Notes: generated by a model not told the origin, from the letters alone. 64,000 nt of DNA from an uncultured Nitrososphaerota archaeon (GCA_963842885.1 CAWJIE010000007.1:1-64000); one strand, 5' to 3'; positions 1 to 10,687 are shown, numbered from the stretch's first letter. Program-made: numbers and translations.

Positions 1-1907
1 GCCCAGGTCTTTCTCACGCAGAACGATAGATGCCGATTCTTTTGCGACATCCACGGCGCTCTCGACTGAGATCCCGACGTCAGCGGCGTGGAGAGCCGAG
101 GCATCGTTGATTCCATCTCCCATATACCCTACGACGTTTCCGGCCTTCTTGAACGCGAGAATGATGCGTTCCTTTTGGTTGGGCTCCACCTCCGCGAACA
201 CGTCAGTCTGATTCACCCTTCCGAGCAGCGCCTCATCACTCATCTCAAGCAGGTCCGGGCCGGCGACGACTGTTGGATTTGGGAGCCCGACCTGTTGACC
301 GAGGACACCTGCGACCAGTCGGTTGTCTCCTGTTACGATCTTCAGTGAGATTCCGAGGCGTTTCATCTCGCTGATGGTCTCGGCGATGCCAGGCTTGATG
401 GGGTCGAATAAGAGAAGGAATCCCAAGAAGGTCATTCCGACTTCACTATCTTTCGTGATGAGTTTCTCGGCCCCAATGGATTTGTAGGCGATCCCCAGAA
501 CTCGAAGACCCTTGCCGCTGTACTCCTCAAAGCGTTGCTGAATCTGCTCTCGCTCCGCGTCGATTCCTACGACCGTCCCCTCGGAAGTCTCAACCAAGGA
601 GCAGGCATCAAGCACATTCTGCAGGGCACCTTTCGTCACCATCAGGTCCTCTCCGTCCTTTGATACCAAGATGCTCAGTCGCTTACGAACAAAATCATAC
701 GGGACCTCGTCCAGCTTCTGGTAGCCAGACGCATCAAAATGATGGGCCTGGATCGCTTCGTCAGTCCGAATCGCTTCGTCGATCGGATTCGTGAATCCAG
801 TCTGGTAGAAGGCGTTGAGAAAAGCGTACAGAAGCACTCTTTCGCTTTCGTTTCCTTCAACATCGAGCATGGACTGTATCTTACCGCGCCCTCCGTCAAG
901 GTGCCGGTCTTGTCGGAGCAGAGCACGTTCATGCTGCCGAAGTTCTCAATGGATTCCAGCCGTTTGACTATCACTTTCTGTTGCGCCATCTTTTTCGCTC
1001 CCTGAGCGAGGTTGATGCTGATGATCGCCGGGAGCAGTTGCGGAGTCAGTCCCACGGCGAGTGCCATCGAGAAGAGAAGGGATTCCAGCACCGGACGCGC
1101 AAAGTACACGTTTATGGCGAAGGTGGCAACCACCAGCACCATCGTGACTTCCATAAGGAGATACCCGAACCGCCGGACGCCATGCTCAAACTCGGTTTCG
1201 GGCGGCTTCAGTTTCAACCGCTCGGAGACCTTGCCGAACTCAGTCCTTGATCCGGTTCCAATGACCACTGCCTGCGCGCTGCCACTGACTACGTTGGTAC
1301 CCATGAACAGACTGTTTGTCCGCTGACTGAGCGATGTTTCGGGCGGTAGAACTCCGGCCGTCTTCTCAGCTGGAAAAGTCTCTCCAGTCAAGGATGCTTC
1401 ATTAACGAAGAGGTCTTTCGATTCTATGATCAGAGAATCTCCGGGGACAAGGTCTCCGGCGTTGAGGATGACAATGTCTCCAGGCACAATCTCCTCGACC
1501 GGGATCTCCTTTTGATTTCCATCGCGAAGCACGGTAGCTTTGGTCTGCACGATCGCGAGCAACTTTTCGACAGCTTTGTTGGCGCCTCGCTCCTGCGAGA
1601 ACCCGAGGAGGCTGCTTACCAGGATGATCACCAGGATGATGACCGCGTCCACGTGGTCACCAAGGAAGAATGACAACCCCCCTGCAAAGATCAGGATGAG
1701 GATAACCGGGCTTTTGAATTGAGCGAGCAGAAGCGTAGGGGCGTCTGATCTCTTCTTGCGCGTCAGAAGATTGGGGCCATATTGTCTGAGCCGTTTTCCC
1801 GCTTCATCGTCGGTCAGGCCCTTCGGTGTCGTCTGTAGACGCTCAAGGATATCGGAAGCGGGGACGCTCCAGGAGGATTGTTGACTTTGGCTATCTTGGT
1901 CACTCAC
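1..1907 (-). CDS. mgtA: Mg2+-transporting P-type ATPase (MgtA-like); frameshift near 880; runs off window start
   Basis: LTGET, GLTPQLLP and CSDKTGTLT motifs in ORF 675..1907; TGD and GDGINDA motifs continue in another frame toward position 1. Confidence 0.85.
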
Positions 1908-2323
1908 GAAGATCGCCAGGGAACCGCTCGCTCATCTTTCTTAGGGGATTGGGAGAAAGCGGGCCTATAAGCAGATTGGTTGCCCTTTCGACCAAGGGCC
2001 TCCCCAGTAACTCTAATCATGAGGCTATTACATTGGCGATGGCGGCCATAGACTGAAGCCAATCTAGCCGAGGATCATGGCGATGAGCGGCATGCGTCGG
2101 AGTGATGCAATTTCTTGAATCCACTCAAGGCTGGCCACAACATACTGACTCTATCTATCCTGCGAAAGTGCCTTAGTGGGGATCTCCATCTGTAATTGTG
2201 ACGGTCAACCAGCTGCACGGAGGCGTCGTGCCAAAATGTACCACGTTTGGAAACGCGTATATCATTCCTCCGAGTCTCCTCGAATCATGCGAGGACAACC
2301 GCCAGCGCACATTCAGCGCACGG

Positions 2324-3355
2324 ATGGCAATCCCCCGGCTGGATACCGCCGTGAATGACCAGGCCCTTCCGGTGGGGCCCAAGGATTCGTCTGCAAGGCG
2401 CCGCACGAGAGACTTCAACAATCCTCGGCTGGAGTGGCGGAGGTTGTTCGGCGAGGTCTTCGGGACGTTCTTCCTCGTCGTCGTCGCCGCAGGGGCGGAT
2501 ATGGTAGACGCGGTGAGCCTAGGGGCGGTGGGACGTGTCGCGGCCGTCGTAGCGCCCGGCCTCATGGTGATGGCCGTCATCCTGTTCATGGGCGCGGTCT
2601 CTGGAGCTCACCTCAACCCGGCTGTGAGCATCGGATTCGCAGCGCGGGGGGACTTTCCTTGGAAGCGGGTTCCGGGGTACATCGCCGCCCAGCTCCTCGG
2701 CGCGACCGTCGCGTGCTTGTTCCTCTCGCTGATGTTTGGCAAAGTCGGGATGCTGGGGGCGACAGAACCGGGGCCGGGGATCTCGGACCTCCAGGCGATG
2801 ATGATGGAGCTCGTGCTGACGCTCGGGCTGGTGAGCACGATCCTCGGGACGGCTTCCAAAGCGCAGAACGTGGGTCCGCTGGCCGCGCTGGCAGTGGGTG
2901 GATACGTCGCGCTTGCGGGGTTGTGGGCGAGCCCGATCAGCGGCGCATCGATGAACCCGGCTCGGTCGTTCGGGCCGGACCTCTTGCTCCTGAACTTCGC
3001 TCACTACTGGGTCTACGTAGTGGGTCCGATCGCCGGAGCGTTGTTGGCGGTCGTTGCGGCGTACGTGCTTCGGGGCCCCGGAGGGGACGAGCCCGCGATC
3101 CAGGCCGCTCAGGGCCGGCTCGGGAAGTCTCGGCGAGAGCGCATTACCGGGGGTCGCGAAGAATCCCGTCGACGCCGCCGGAATCCTCCCTGGCGCATCG
3201 AGGATCAACCGTACGGCTCCCCGAGGGAGGGTGAACGGTCCCGACCCGTCCTGACTTGGGCCAAGAGAGAAGCCGATGAACGTAAATTAGCAAACCAAAC
3301 CAAATCAGTAAGCCGATTATTGAAAACGAAACGACCAGAGCTAGTCGATACTTGA
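2324..3355 (+). CDS. MIP family aquaporin/aquaglyceroporin
   Basis: Two NPA motifs (SGAHLNPAVS, GASMNPARSFGP) and six hydrophobic helices; start and C-terminal tail uncertain. Confidence 0.9.
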   Translation: MAIPRLDTAVNDQALPVGPKDSSARRRTRDFNNPRLEWRRLFGEVFGTFFLVVVAAGADMVDAVSLGAVGRVAAVVAPGLMVMAVILFMGAVSGAHLNPAVSIGFAARGDFPWKRVPGYIAAQLLGATVACLFLSLMFGKVGMLGATEPGPGISDLQAMMMELVLTLGLVSTILGTASKAQNVGPLAALAVGGYVALAGLWASPISGASMNPARSFGPDLLLLNFAHYWVYVVGPIAGALLAVVAAYVLRGPGGDEPAIQAAQGRLGKSRRERITGGREESRRRRRNPPWRIEDQPYGSPREGERSRPVLTWAKREADERKLANQTKSVSRLLKTKRPELVDT

Positions 3356-3555
3356 TATCGACATGAGGCGCGCCTGAACACAGCTTCCTGCGTTCCTATC
3401 CCGGCCGGAGCACCATAACTCTCTTTCCAGATGGAGACAACGATGAAGGTCCAACGGCCCTTGGGTTGCTGCCCGCTCTACTCGATACTCCAGCCATAGT
3501 TGCGGTGGGGGTCCATATGTTTCGGACATCGCCCGCCCAGGCCCGTCGCTGGCGT

Positions 3556-3732
3556 TCAGAAGCCGGTGAAGCCCGAGTCCATGGCCAGCCTGCGCTCGGG
3601 GGAGTCCAGCCGGTATTTGGGAGGAAGCGTAGACTTCTTCCTTCCCTTCTTGCCGCATCGCCCGCGGGCCTTGTGCCTCCTGAGGTCCTTCACGATCTTC
3701 CCGCAGACTTCGCAGACCGGCATCGGAGACAT
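3556..3732 (-). CDS. small basic zinc-finger protein (58 aa)
   Basis: CEVCG...RRHKARGRC pattern, Lys/Arg-rich. Confidence 0.5.
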   Translation of the reverse strand: MSPMPVCEVCGKIVKDLRRHKARGRCGKKGRKKSTLPPKYRLDSPERRLAMDSGFTGF

Positions 3733-3806
3733 GTGCTTCACGGTGTGGTTTAACCTTTGGGCGGAACCGGACCGGCTTGCCCATGCACGCCTTTTGCTCG
3801 CACTTC

Positions 3807-3846
3807 GAGGAGGTCGCAATCATGTCCAGCAGCAACAGATATCCGG
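3807..3846 (+). repeat. dispersed intergenic repeat, copy 1
   Basis: gaggaggtcgcaatcatgTCCAGCAGCAACAGAtatccgg; most similar to the IS-interrupted copy at 18978/20301. Confidence 0.75.
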
Positions 3847-3978
3847 ACACATTGGAGTCGACTTGCGGATTCGCCACCAACGCCGTTCTTCCTCGGCTCC
3901 TGCAGCTCTTCAAGATCCTGCAGACTCGTTTGTCTCTCGCAAGGCTAAAAGCATCGAATCCCGCCATGGTGGGCGTGT

Positions 3979-5406
3979 GTGATCGTGGAGCTCAGGCGTG
4001 ACCTCTCCTACTTCGACCTGACGAACATAGTAGTAGGAGCCATTGTGGGCAGCGACATCTACATCGCGTCGGCCATAACCGCCGGCCTGGTGGGCCCCTT
4101 TTCGATCGTGGTCTGGGTGATAGCCGGCATCATGGCCATGGTGCTGGCCTTGGTCTTCGCCTACTCCAGCTATTACGTGCCCAAGTTGGGCGGCTCCTTC
4201 GCCTACGTCTCGACCGCCTTCAACGATTTCTTCGGCTTCTTGGCAGGATGGAGCATGTGGATCGCCGAGGTCCTCGCCCTCCCCGTCTTCGCGCTGACCT
4301 TCGCCAACTACTTGGGTTATTTCGTCCACCTCGACTTCGCCGAATCGCTCCTCGTCAAGGCGCTCTTCCTCTTCGGGCTGACCTTGGTGAACATCGTCGG
4401 CGTGAAGGCCGCCGGGAGGGTGAACGATGTCCTCACGATCGCCAAGCTGTCGCCGCTTCTCCTGATGGTGGTCGCAGGTCTGGTTTCGTTCGTATACAAC
4501 CCGGGCCTCCTCTCAAACTACACCCCCCTGGCTCCCCTGGGGCTGAACAACATCGGCTCCGCCCTCGTGCTGATCTTCTGGGCCTATGTCGGATTCGAGC
4601 TGGGCACTCTCCCATCGGCGGAAGTGAAGAACCCGAAGACCACCGTCCCCAAGGCAATAATCACCGGCATGGTGATAGTCATGGCCTTCTACCTCTCCAC
4701 CAACTTCGTCATCTTCGGGACGGTTAACTGGACCCGGCTCGTCGGGACCTCCGTTCCCTTGGTGCTCGTCGGCTCCGTCCTGCTGGGGCGGTTCGGCGGT
4801 GGGATCATGAGCTTGGGGGCGCTGGTCTCCGTCTCCGGCTCAGACGAGTCGGGCATACTGGGGACCGCAAGGCTCTCCTATGCCATGGCCGTGGACGGCC
4901 TCTTTCCGAGGTCGTTCGCCAGGATACATCCCAAGTTCAAGACGCCGTACGTGGCGCTGATAGCCCAGGCGGTCGTCGCCCTCGCTCTCTCAACTTACAC
5001 GCATCTGTCGAGCCTGATTTCGTTCTCGGTCTTCAACCTGGCCTTCTGCTTCCTCCTCGTCTGCCTCGCGTTCTTCCGATTGAAGAAGAAGGGGGAGGGA
5101 GGGCTGCGCGGGCAGAACGTGGTGCCCATCCTTGGTGTGGCCATCTGCCTCTACCTGCTCTACTCCACCTCCTCCTTGGACAAGCTCATAGGGACCGCCG
5201 TGATCGCGCTCGGAATACCCCTCTACGTCTTCTTCTCGCCGAAGGTCGACATCCACGATTTGAAGGCGGAGCTCGTGTCTGAAGAGGCGATATTGGCCAG
5301 AGCTCTCGAAAAGAGGAGCAGATTCCTGGCGAACTTGCTCAGGGGCGCCCATTGGATCATCCAATCGCTCAGGCGTCATCCGGGTTCTCGGCCTGCGCCA
5401 ACTTGA
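3979..5406 (+). CDS. APC family amino acid permease
   Basis: About 12 TM helices; GAIVGSDIY, GGSFAYV and FWAYVGFE motifs. Confidence 0.9.
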   Translation: MIVELRRDLSYFDLTNIVVGAIVGSDIYIASAITAGLVGPFSIVVWVIAGIMAMVLALVFAYSSYYVPKLGGSFAYVSTAFNDFFGFLAGWSMWIAEVLALPVFALTFANYLGYFVHLDFAESLLVKALFLFGLTLVNIVGVKAAGRVNDVLTIAKLSPLLLMVVAGLVSFVYNPGLLSNYTPLAPLGLNNIGSALVLIFWAYVGFELGTLPSAEVKNPKTTVPKAIITGMVIVMAFYLSTNFVIFGTVNWTRLVGTSVPLVLVGSVLLGRFGGGIMSLGALVSVSGSDESGILGTARLSYAMAVDGLFPRSFARIHPKFKTPYVALIAQAVVALALSTYTHLSSLISFSVFNLAFCFLLVCLAFFRLKKKGEGGLRGQNVVPILGVAICLYLLYSTSSLDKLIGTAVIALGIPLYVFFSPKVDIHDLKAELVSEEAILARALEKRSRFLANLLRGAHWIIQSLRRHPGSRPAPT

Positions 5407-5407
5407 C

Positions 5408-5802
5408 GACAGGACCGTCCCCGTATGCGGCACCAACGCGGCCTGGGCATCCCACCTCGGGGTCGACCCGTCGAAGGTGAGAGTGATCCACAACGGCATC
5501 GACGTCAAGAGGTTCGCCCCGAAGTCCGTTGCTGGGGGGAGAGGCTCACAATCGCTTCGGTGGGTGGGACAATAATGCATAAAGACATCCTAGGCCTCAT
5601 TCGGGCCATGAAGCACGTCAAGGGGGTCGTGCCCGACATCGTCTGCCTGGTCCACGGCGAAGCACCTGACCTGGACTACGCCAAGCGACGCTTGAACGAG
5701 GTCAAGGCTCACGGCGTGGAGGACAATTTCATGTTCAAGGGAGGGACCGACGATTGGCAGACGTCAATCGAGGGAAGATACGAAGGGGCTGTTGCCAGAT
5801 GA
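5408..5802 (+). pseudogene. internal fragment of a GT4 (PelF-like) glycosyltransferase
   Basis: Reads DRTVPVCGTNAAWASHLGVDPSKVRVIHNGID, then after a shift in a G-run SVGGTIMHKDILGLIRAMK; no N- or C-terminus. Confidence 0.55.
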
Positions 5803-6788
5803 AGGGCCTCTCAAAGGCCATCGTGACGGGAGGGGCCGGGTTCATCGGAAGCCGCCTCGTGGGAGAGCTCCTTCACCAGGGCGTGGAGACCATCGTCTTC
5901 GACAACTTCTCGTCGGGCTCGATGGATAATCTCTCCGGGCACAAGGACCACCGGCTGCTGCATGTCGTCACCGGCGACGTACGGAACATGCGCAAGGCGC
6001 TCCCCGACCTGCGTGACGTCGACGGCGTCTTTCATCTGGCCGCCATCGGCAGCGTCGCCATCTCCGTGTCGGACCCCGCCCGAGTCAACGACGTGAACGT
6101 AAACGGCAGCCTGGAGGTGATGAACTTCTGCGTCGAGAGGGGGGTCAAGAGGATGGTCTTCGCCTCCTCGGCGGCTGTCTACGGTGGTCTCAACGCGGGC
6201 ATCGCCACCGAAGACCTCGCTTGCGCCCCCTCCTCCCCCTACGGCGCGTCGAAGCTGGCCGTCGAGAGCTACTTGAGCGCGTACCACAGCTCGTACGGGC
6301 TGGAGACCGTCGCCTTGAGGTACTTCAACGTATACGGTGCCGGCCAGAAGAACAACGACTACAGCGGCGTCATAACGGTCTTCGCCAACAGCCTTCTTCG
6401 CCGCAAGCCCCCCACGGTGTTCGGCGACGGGGAACAGACGCGCGATTTCGTCAGCGTAAGAGACGTCGTCGAGGCCAACAGGCTGGCGATGGCCGCCCCG
6501 GCTGCACCAGGGCAGATCTGCAACGTCGCTTCGGGCGTCACGGTCAGCCTTCTCCATCTGCTGGACGTCCTTCGGAGGATTACTGGAGCGACGGACGTCC
6601 CTTACAAGTTCGCTCCCGCCCGATCCGGAGACGTCAGGTTCAGCAAGGCCTCCATCGCCAAGGCCCGAGAAATCCTTGGCTACACCCCTAGCGTCCGCAT
6701 CGAGGAGGGCTTGGTCGAAGTCGTGGATTACCTGAGGCAATACTCGCCCCCTCAAGGAGCCGCTTCCCATCATCCCAGCGTGGGATAG
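5799..6788 (+). CDS. NAD-dependent UDP-hexose 4-epimerase (GalE/PelX-like)
   Basis: TGGAGFIG, YGASK and LRYFNVYG motifs. Confidence 0.9.
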   Translation: MKGLSKAIVTGGAGFIGSRLVGELLHQGVETIVFDNFSSGSMDNLSGHKDHRLLHVVTGDVRNMRKALPDLRDVDGVFHLAAIGSVAISVSDPARVNDVNVNGSLEVMNFCVERGVKRMVFASSAAVYGGLNAGIATEDLACAPSSPYGASKLAVESYLSAYHSSYGLETVALRYFNVYGAGQKNNDYSGVITVFANSLLRRKPPTVFGDGEQTRDFVSVRDVVEANRLAMAAPAAPGQICNVASGVTVSLLHLLDVLRRITGATDVPYKFAPARSGDVRFSKASIAKAREILGYTPSVRIEEGLVEVVDYLRQYSPPQGAASHHPSVG

Positions 6789-6928
6789 GGTTCTTGTTCA
6801 TGGGAGCCTCCCTGGGCAGCCAGGACGCTTGGAGACGGTCAGCTGCCCCGCGAGGGGTCTGACCGGCCGACGTCGAAGTCACCCCGCGTAGCCACTCCTT
6901 AAATCTGGCTTCTCCCTTCCGCACGCCC

Positions 6929-7192
6929 ATGCCAGAGTTCGTGGTCGTCTCTCGGCTGCTCGTGGACCGGGATAGGCTGACTCCGTTCCGGGACTCTCAT
7001 CAGGCCTACATGGCGAAGCTGAAGGCCGAAGGCAAACTGCGGATGGCTGGCAGGTTCACCGATGGCCGAGGAGGGATGTACATCCTCTTCGCGGATGGCC
7101 TGCCTGCCGCGAAGAAGCTGGCGGACGGCGACCCCTACCATTCGAACGGTCTTAGGGAATACGAACTCCGTGAATGGGAACAGCGCTACTAG
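6929..7192 (+). CDS. YciI family protein
   Basis: 87 aa; R-x-x-H (RDSH), AGRF and DPY pattern. Confidence 0.8.
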   Translation: MPEFVVVSRLLVDRDRLTPFRDSHQAYMAKLKAEGKLRMAGRFTDGRGGMYILFADGLPAAKKLADGDPYHSNGLREYELREWEQRY

Positions 7193-7284
7193 GCGGCCCG
7201 GCCCTGGCGAGCGCCAGGGGTTTGCGTGTAAGCCGAACAGCCACCGTTCTGTTTATTAACGATTAGAGGCTCTATCGACCCGTC

Positions 7285-8308
7285 ATGAAGGTGGGTGTTC
7301 TCACCGGAGGCGGGGACTGTGCCGGTCTCAACGCCGTCATCCGTGCTGTCGTCCGCAGGGCGGACGACTACGGTTACGAAGTCATCGGAATAAGGAGGGG
7401 TTGGGCAGGCCTTCTCGAGCCAGACACCCTGCGCCTGACGTACGAAATGGTGGAGGGGACTCTCCCCCTGGGTGGAACACTCTTGCTCACCTCAAGGACC
7501 AACCCCTTCTCCACGGAGGGCGGAGCCGGCCGCGTCATGGAGAACGTCAAGAAGCTCGGATTGGGCTGCGTCATCGTCATCGGTGGCGAGGACACCCTGG
7601 GCGTCGCACAGAAGCTCTCCGCTCTACGGTTTGAAGACGGTGGGGGTCCCCAAGACCATCGACAACGACCTATCCGCCACCGACGTCACCTTCGGCTTTC
7701 ACACGGCGGTCGACGTGGCCATGGAGGCCATTGACAGGGTGAAGTCCACCGGCGCGTCCCACGAACGGGTCATGGTGGTGGAGGTCATGGGGAGGGGCGC
7801 GGGTTGGATAGCCACATATTCGGGGATAGCGTCGGGTGCGCACGCCATACTCGTGCCCGAGCAACCCTTCGACATGGAGGTTCTGTGCGACAGCCTCAAG
7901 GAAAGGGCCAGGAGGGGGAGGAAGTCATCTCTCGTCGTGGTGGCCGAAGGGGCGCAGCCGAAGGAGTGGGCCAAGGCCGCTGATACCGGGCGCCCGGTCG
8001 ACCAGTTCGGGCATCCGATCCTGGGGGGAGTGGGCCATTTCGTCGCCCAGGAGATCGAAAGGCGGACGGGGCTCGAAACAAGGGAGGTCGTGCTGGGGCA
8101 CCTCATCAGAGGAGGTTCGCCCAACGCCTTCGACAGGGTTCTGGCCACGAGGTTCGGGGTCGCCGCCGTCGACCTCGTCGAGGCTGGAAAGTTCGGGCAG
8201 ATGGTGGCCCTCCACGGGAACCGCATAGTGTCCGTGGACATCAAGGAGGCTCTCAAGCCGAAGCTCCTCGACATGGGCCTTCTGGCCGTGGGTCACGAGT
8301 TCCAGTGA
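7285..8308 (+). CDS. pfp: PfkA-family 6-phosphofructokinase, probably PPi-dependent; frameshift near 7630
   Basis: TGGGDCAGLN, GGEDT, PKTIDND and VEVMGR motifs across ORFs 7285..7734 and 7472..8308. Confidence 0.85.
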
Positions 8309-8380
8309 GCCGCGACCAGTCGGCAGGGCCTTCGGAGGACCCTTATCGTTTATATTGCGGCGTTTGGGATTCCGCAACGC

Positions 8381-9142
8381 ATGACCCCCACTAGAATGGA
8401 CGTCTTCCTGACCAAGGGCAAGAGCCTCCTCCTGGCCTACGACCAGGGCCTCGAGCACGGGCCGTCGACCGATTTCAACGACCGCAACGTGGACCCGTCG
8501 TTGATAATGGAGATGGCCGTGAAGGGGGGGTTCAACGGCATCATATTCCAGAAGGGCCTCGCCGAGCGCTACTATGACGGGAGGGTCCCCCTCATAGTGA
8601 AGCTCAACGGGAGGTCGAGCCTCCCCAAGGGCGAGCCCGTGTCGCGCCAGGTCTGCTCGGTCGAACACGCGGTCTCCCTCGGCGCCAAGGCCGTGGGATA
8701 CACCATCTACCTCGGCAGCTCATTCGAATCCGAGATGTTCGCCGAGTTCGGGCGCATCCAGGAGCAGGCCCACGAGAGAGGCGTCGCCGCCATCGCCTGG
8801 GTCTACCCCAGGGGCGCCGCCGTACAGAACGACACCTCGAAGGAGATAGTCTCGTACGCGGCCAGGGCGGCGCTGGAGCTGGGCGCCGACGCGGCCAAGA
8901 TAAAGTACACCGGGGACAGCCAGAGCTTCTCATGGGCCGTCAGGGCCGCGGGGAAGATGCCCGTCTTCATGTCGGGGGGGCCCAAGGCGCCTGACGACGC
9001 CACGTTCCTTTCTCATGTGGCCGGTGCGATGAGAGCGGGCGCGACGGGGCTGGCCGTGGGAAGGAACGTCTGGCAGAACCCGGACCCGCTGGCCATGGCC
9101 AAGGCCCTGAAGTCGCTCGTCATCGAGGGGAAGCCCCTCTAG
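8381..9142 (+). CDS. fba: class I (archaeal/DhnA-type) fructose-bisphosphate aldolase
   Basis: AYDQGLEHGP, YPRG, ELGADAAKIKY and AVGRNVWQ motifs. Confidence 0.9.
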   Translation: MTPTRMDVFLTKGKSLLLAYDQGLEHGPSTDFNDRNVDPSLIMEMAVKGGFNGIIFQKGLAERYYDGRVPLIVKLNGRSSLPKGEPVSRQVCSVEHAVSLGAKAVGYTIYLGSSFESEMFAEFGRIQEQAHERGVAAIAWVYPRGAAVQNDTSKEIVSYAARAALELGADAAKIKYTGDSQSFSWAVRAAGKMPVFMSGGPKAPDDATFLSHVAGAMRAGATGLAVGRNVWQNPDPLAMAKALKSLVIEGKPL

Positions 9143-9234
9143 ACGAACCAATCCTACCCACGAAGCCCGAACAAGGAAGAAGGTCATCCGTGGGCCTGCC
9201 GCGCGGGCTCCTCGATTCCCGCCAGCGGACATGG

Positions 9235-9318
9235 CGGGCTTGTGTCAGATGGTGTCGGGCTTGTGTCAGATGGTGTCGGGCTTGTGTCAGATGGTGTCGG
9301 GCTTGTGTCAGATGGTGT
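9235..9318 (+). repeat. perfect tandem repeat, 4 x 21 bp CGGGCTTGTGTCAGATGGTGT
   Basis: Units start at 9235, 9256, 9277 and 9298. Confidence 0.95.
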
Positions 9319-9705
9319 TGGCTGGGGTGTCGCTTTCCTTACCGTCGGGTGTCGGCGGCGTTATGTTGGACAATAGCCACCAGCCATTACCACTTGAAGT
9401 GGTGATACAAGGCCTTTGGGTGTCGGCACCCTCCCCGACACCCGACACCCTGGGCCGACACCCTGCCGACACCTTTTGACACCTTAGAACCCTACATGGT
9501 CCAGCTAATAGAGGGTTGGTGGGTGTCAGTTCCCAGCCTAACGACGGACAGAAGAATTGGTCTGCTGGTGGTCTGGTGGGCCTCCAGCCGAGCCAAGAAG
9601 GGTGTCAAAAGGTGTCGGGCCAGCCTGTTGCCCAGCAGAAGGAATCACCGGCCTGTCGCCAGGCGGACGACAAATCCTCCCCTGGAGGGTGTCATATGGT
9701 GTCGC
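9235..9705. repeat. GGTGTC/GACACC motif array between convergent genes
   Basis: 16 exact hexamers counted by eye; perfect 18-bp inverted repeat at 9466-9483 / 9601-9618. Confidence 0.85.
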
Positions 9706-9898
9706 CTTGGCCGCCGCCAAGTCCAGGCGATGGTCCCCTTAGACACTTATCACTCATAAGCCAGCTGAGAACGGCCTCAACTCTTGACTTCCTATTTGTC
9801 AGTAGTCGTGCTTCGCCAATGACAGCATCCTCTCTCCAAAAAGCATCTCTAGATACTCATCAAAGGAATGGCCAAGCCTAGCGCGCTGGCTCCCCCTT

Positions 9899-10687
9899 TC
9901 AGGGAGACCGCGGGGAAGCCCCGCCGAAGACCGAAAAGGCCTCCTCCACGGAGGTGCCATCGTGAACCACCGCCCGGACCGCCTTGATCATGGCGACGGG
10001 ATTCGATGACTGGAAGATGTTCCTCCCCATGTCCACGCCTACCGCCCCCTTCGCTATGGCACTGTGGGCCATCTCGAGCGCCTCCCGCTCGGGGAGCTTC
10101 TTACCGCCCGCGATGACGACGGGCACGGGGCAGGAGTCCACCACCTTCTCGAACTCCTCGCAGTAGTACGTCTTCACGACGTGCGCGCCCAGCTCGGCGG
10201 CTATCCTGCACGCGAGGCCGAGGTACCGCGCGTCCCGGTTCATCTCCCTGCCCACGGCCGTGACGGCTAGGACGGGCATCCCATATCGCTCCCCTTCGTC
10301 GACCAGCCCCGAGAGGTTCAGCAGGGACTGGCGCTCGAACTCGGACCCGACGAAGACGGAGACGGCGACTGCCGATGCGTTGAGCCTGATGGCCTCTTCG
10401 ATCGAAGTGGTGACCCCTTCGTTGGAGAGCTCCCTGAGCACGCTGGTCCCACCCGAGGCCCTGAGGACGACGGGCACCCGGGCCGAGGGATCGACGGAGG
10501 TCCTGAGCACCCCCCTCGTCAGCATCAGGGAGTCGACGTACGGCAGGAGCGGCGTGATGGTCTTCCGAGGGTTCTCCAGGCCCGTCGTCGGACCCTGGAA
10601 GTAGCCGTGGTCGACGGCCAACATGACTGTGTGCCTGCTGACGGGATTCATCATACGCGAGAGCCTGTTCTCAAGTCCCCATTCCAT
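9899..10687 (-). CDS. lsrF: LsrF-like thiolase / class I aldolase
   Basis: MEWGLENRLSR...AVDHGYFQGPTTGLE N-terminus typical of LsrF; GVDMGRNIFQ. Confidence 0.8.
   Translation of the reverse strand: MEWGLENRLSRMMNPVSRHTVMLAVDHGYFQGPTTGLENPRKTITPLLPYVDSLMLTRGVLRTSVDPSARVPVVLRASGGTSVLRELSNEGVTTSIEEAIRLNASAVAVSVFVGSEFERQSLLNLSGLVDEGERYGMPVLAVTAVGREMNRDARYLGLACRIAAELGAHVVKTYYCEEFEKVVDSCPVPVVIAGGKKLPEREALEMAHSAIAKGAVGVDMGRNIFQSSNPVAMIKAVRAVVHDGTSVEEAFSVFGGASPRSP

Noticed and set aside
3130-3355. Arg-rich C-terminal extension of the aquaporin as a novel domain
   Set aside because: Low-complexity and likely read-through from an indel.
5811-6773. Long antisense ORFs (this one and many similar)
   Set aside because: Shadows of GC-rich genes on the opposite strand, with no recognisable motifs.
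9235-9318. 21-bp repeats as a CRISPR array
   Set aside because: Units are contiguous with no spacers, and no cas genes are present.
9190-9479. ORFs with RACVRWC or MVSGLCQ repeats, and a minus-strand PTPSDTS reading
   Set aside because: These are by-products of the tandem repeat; the PTPSDTS frame has an in-frame TAA just upstream and no start codon.
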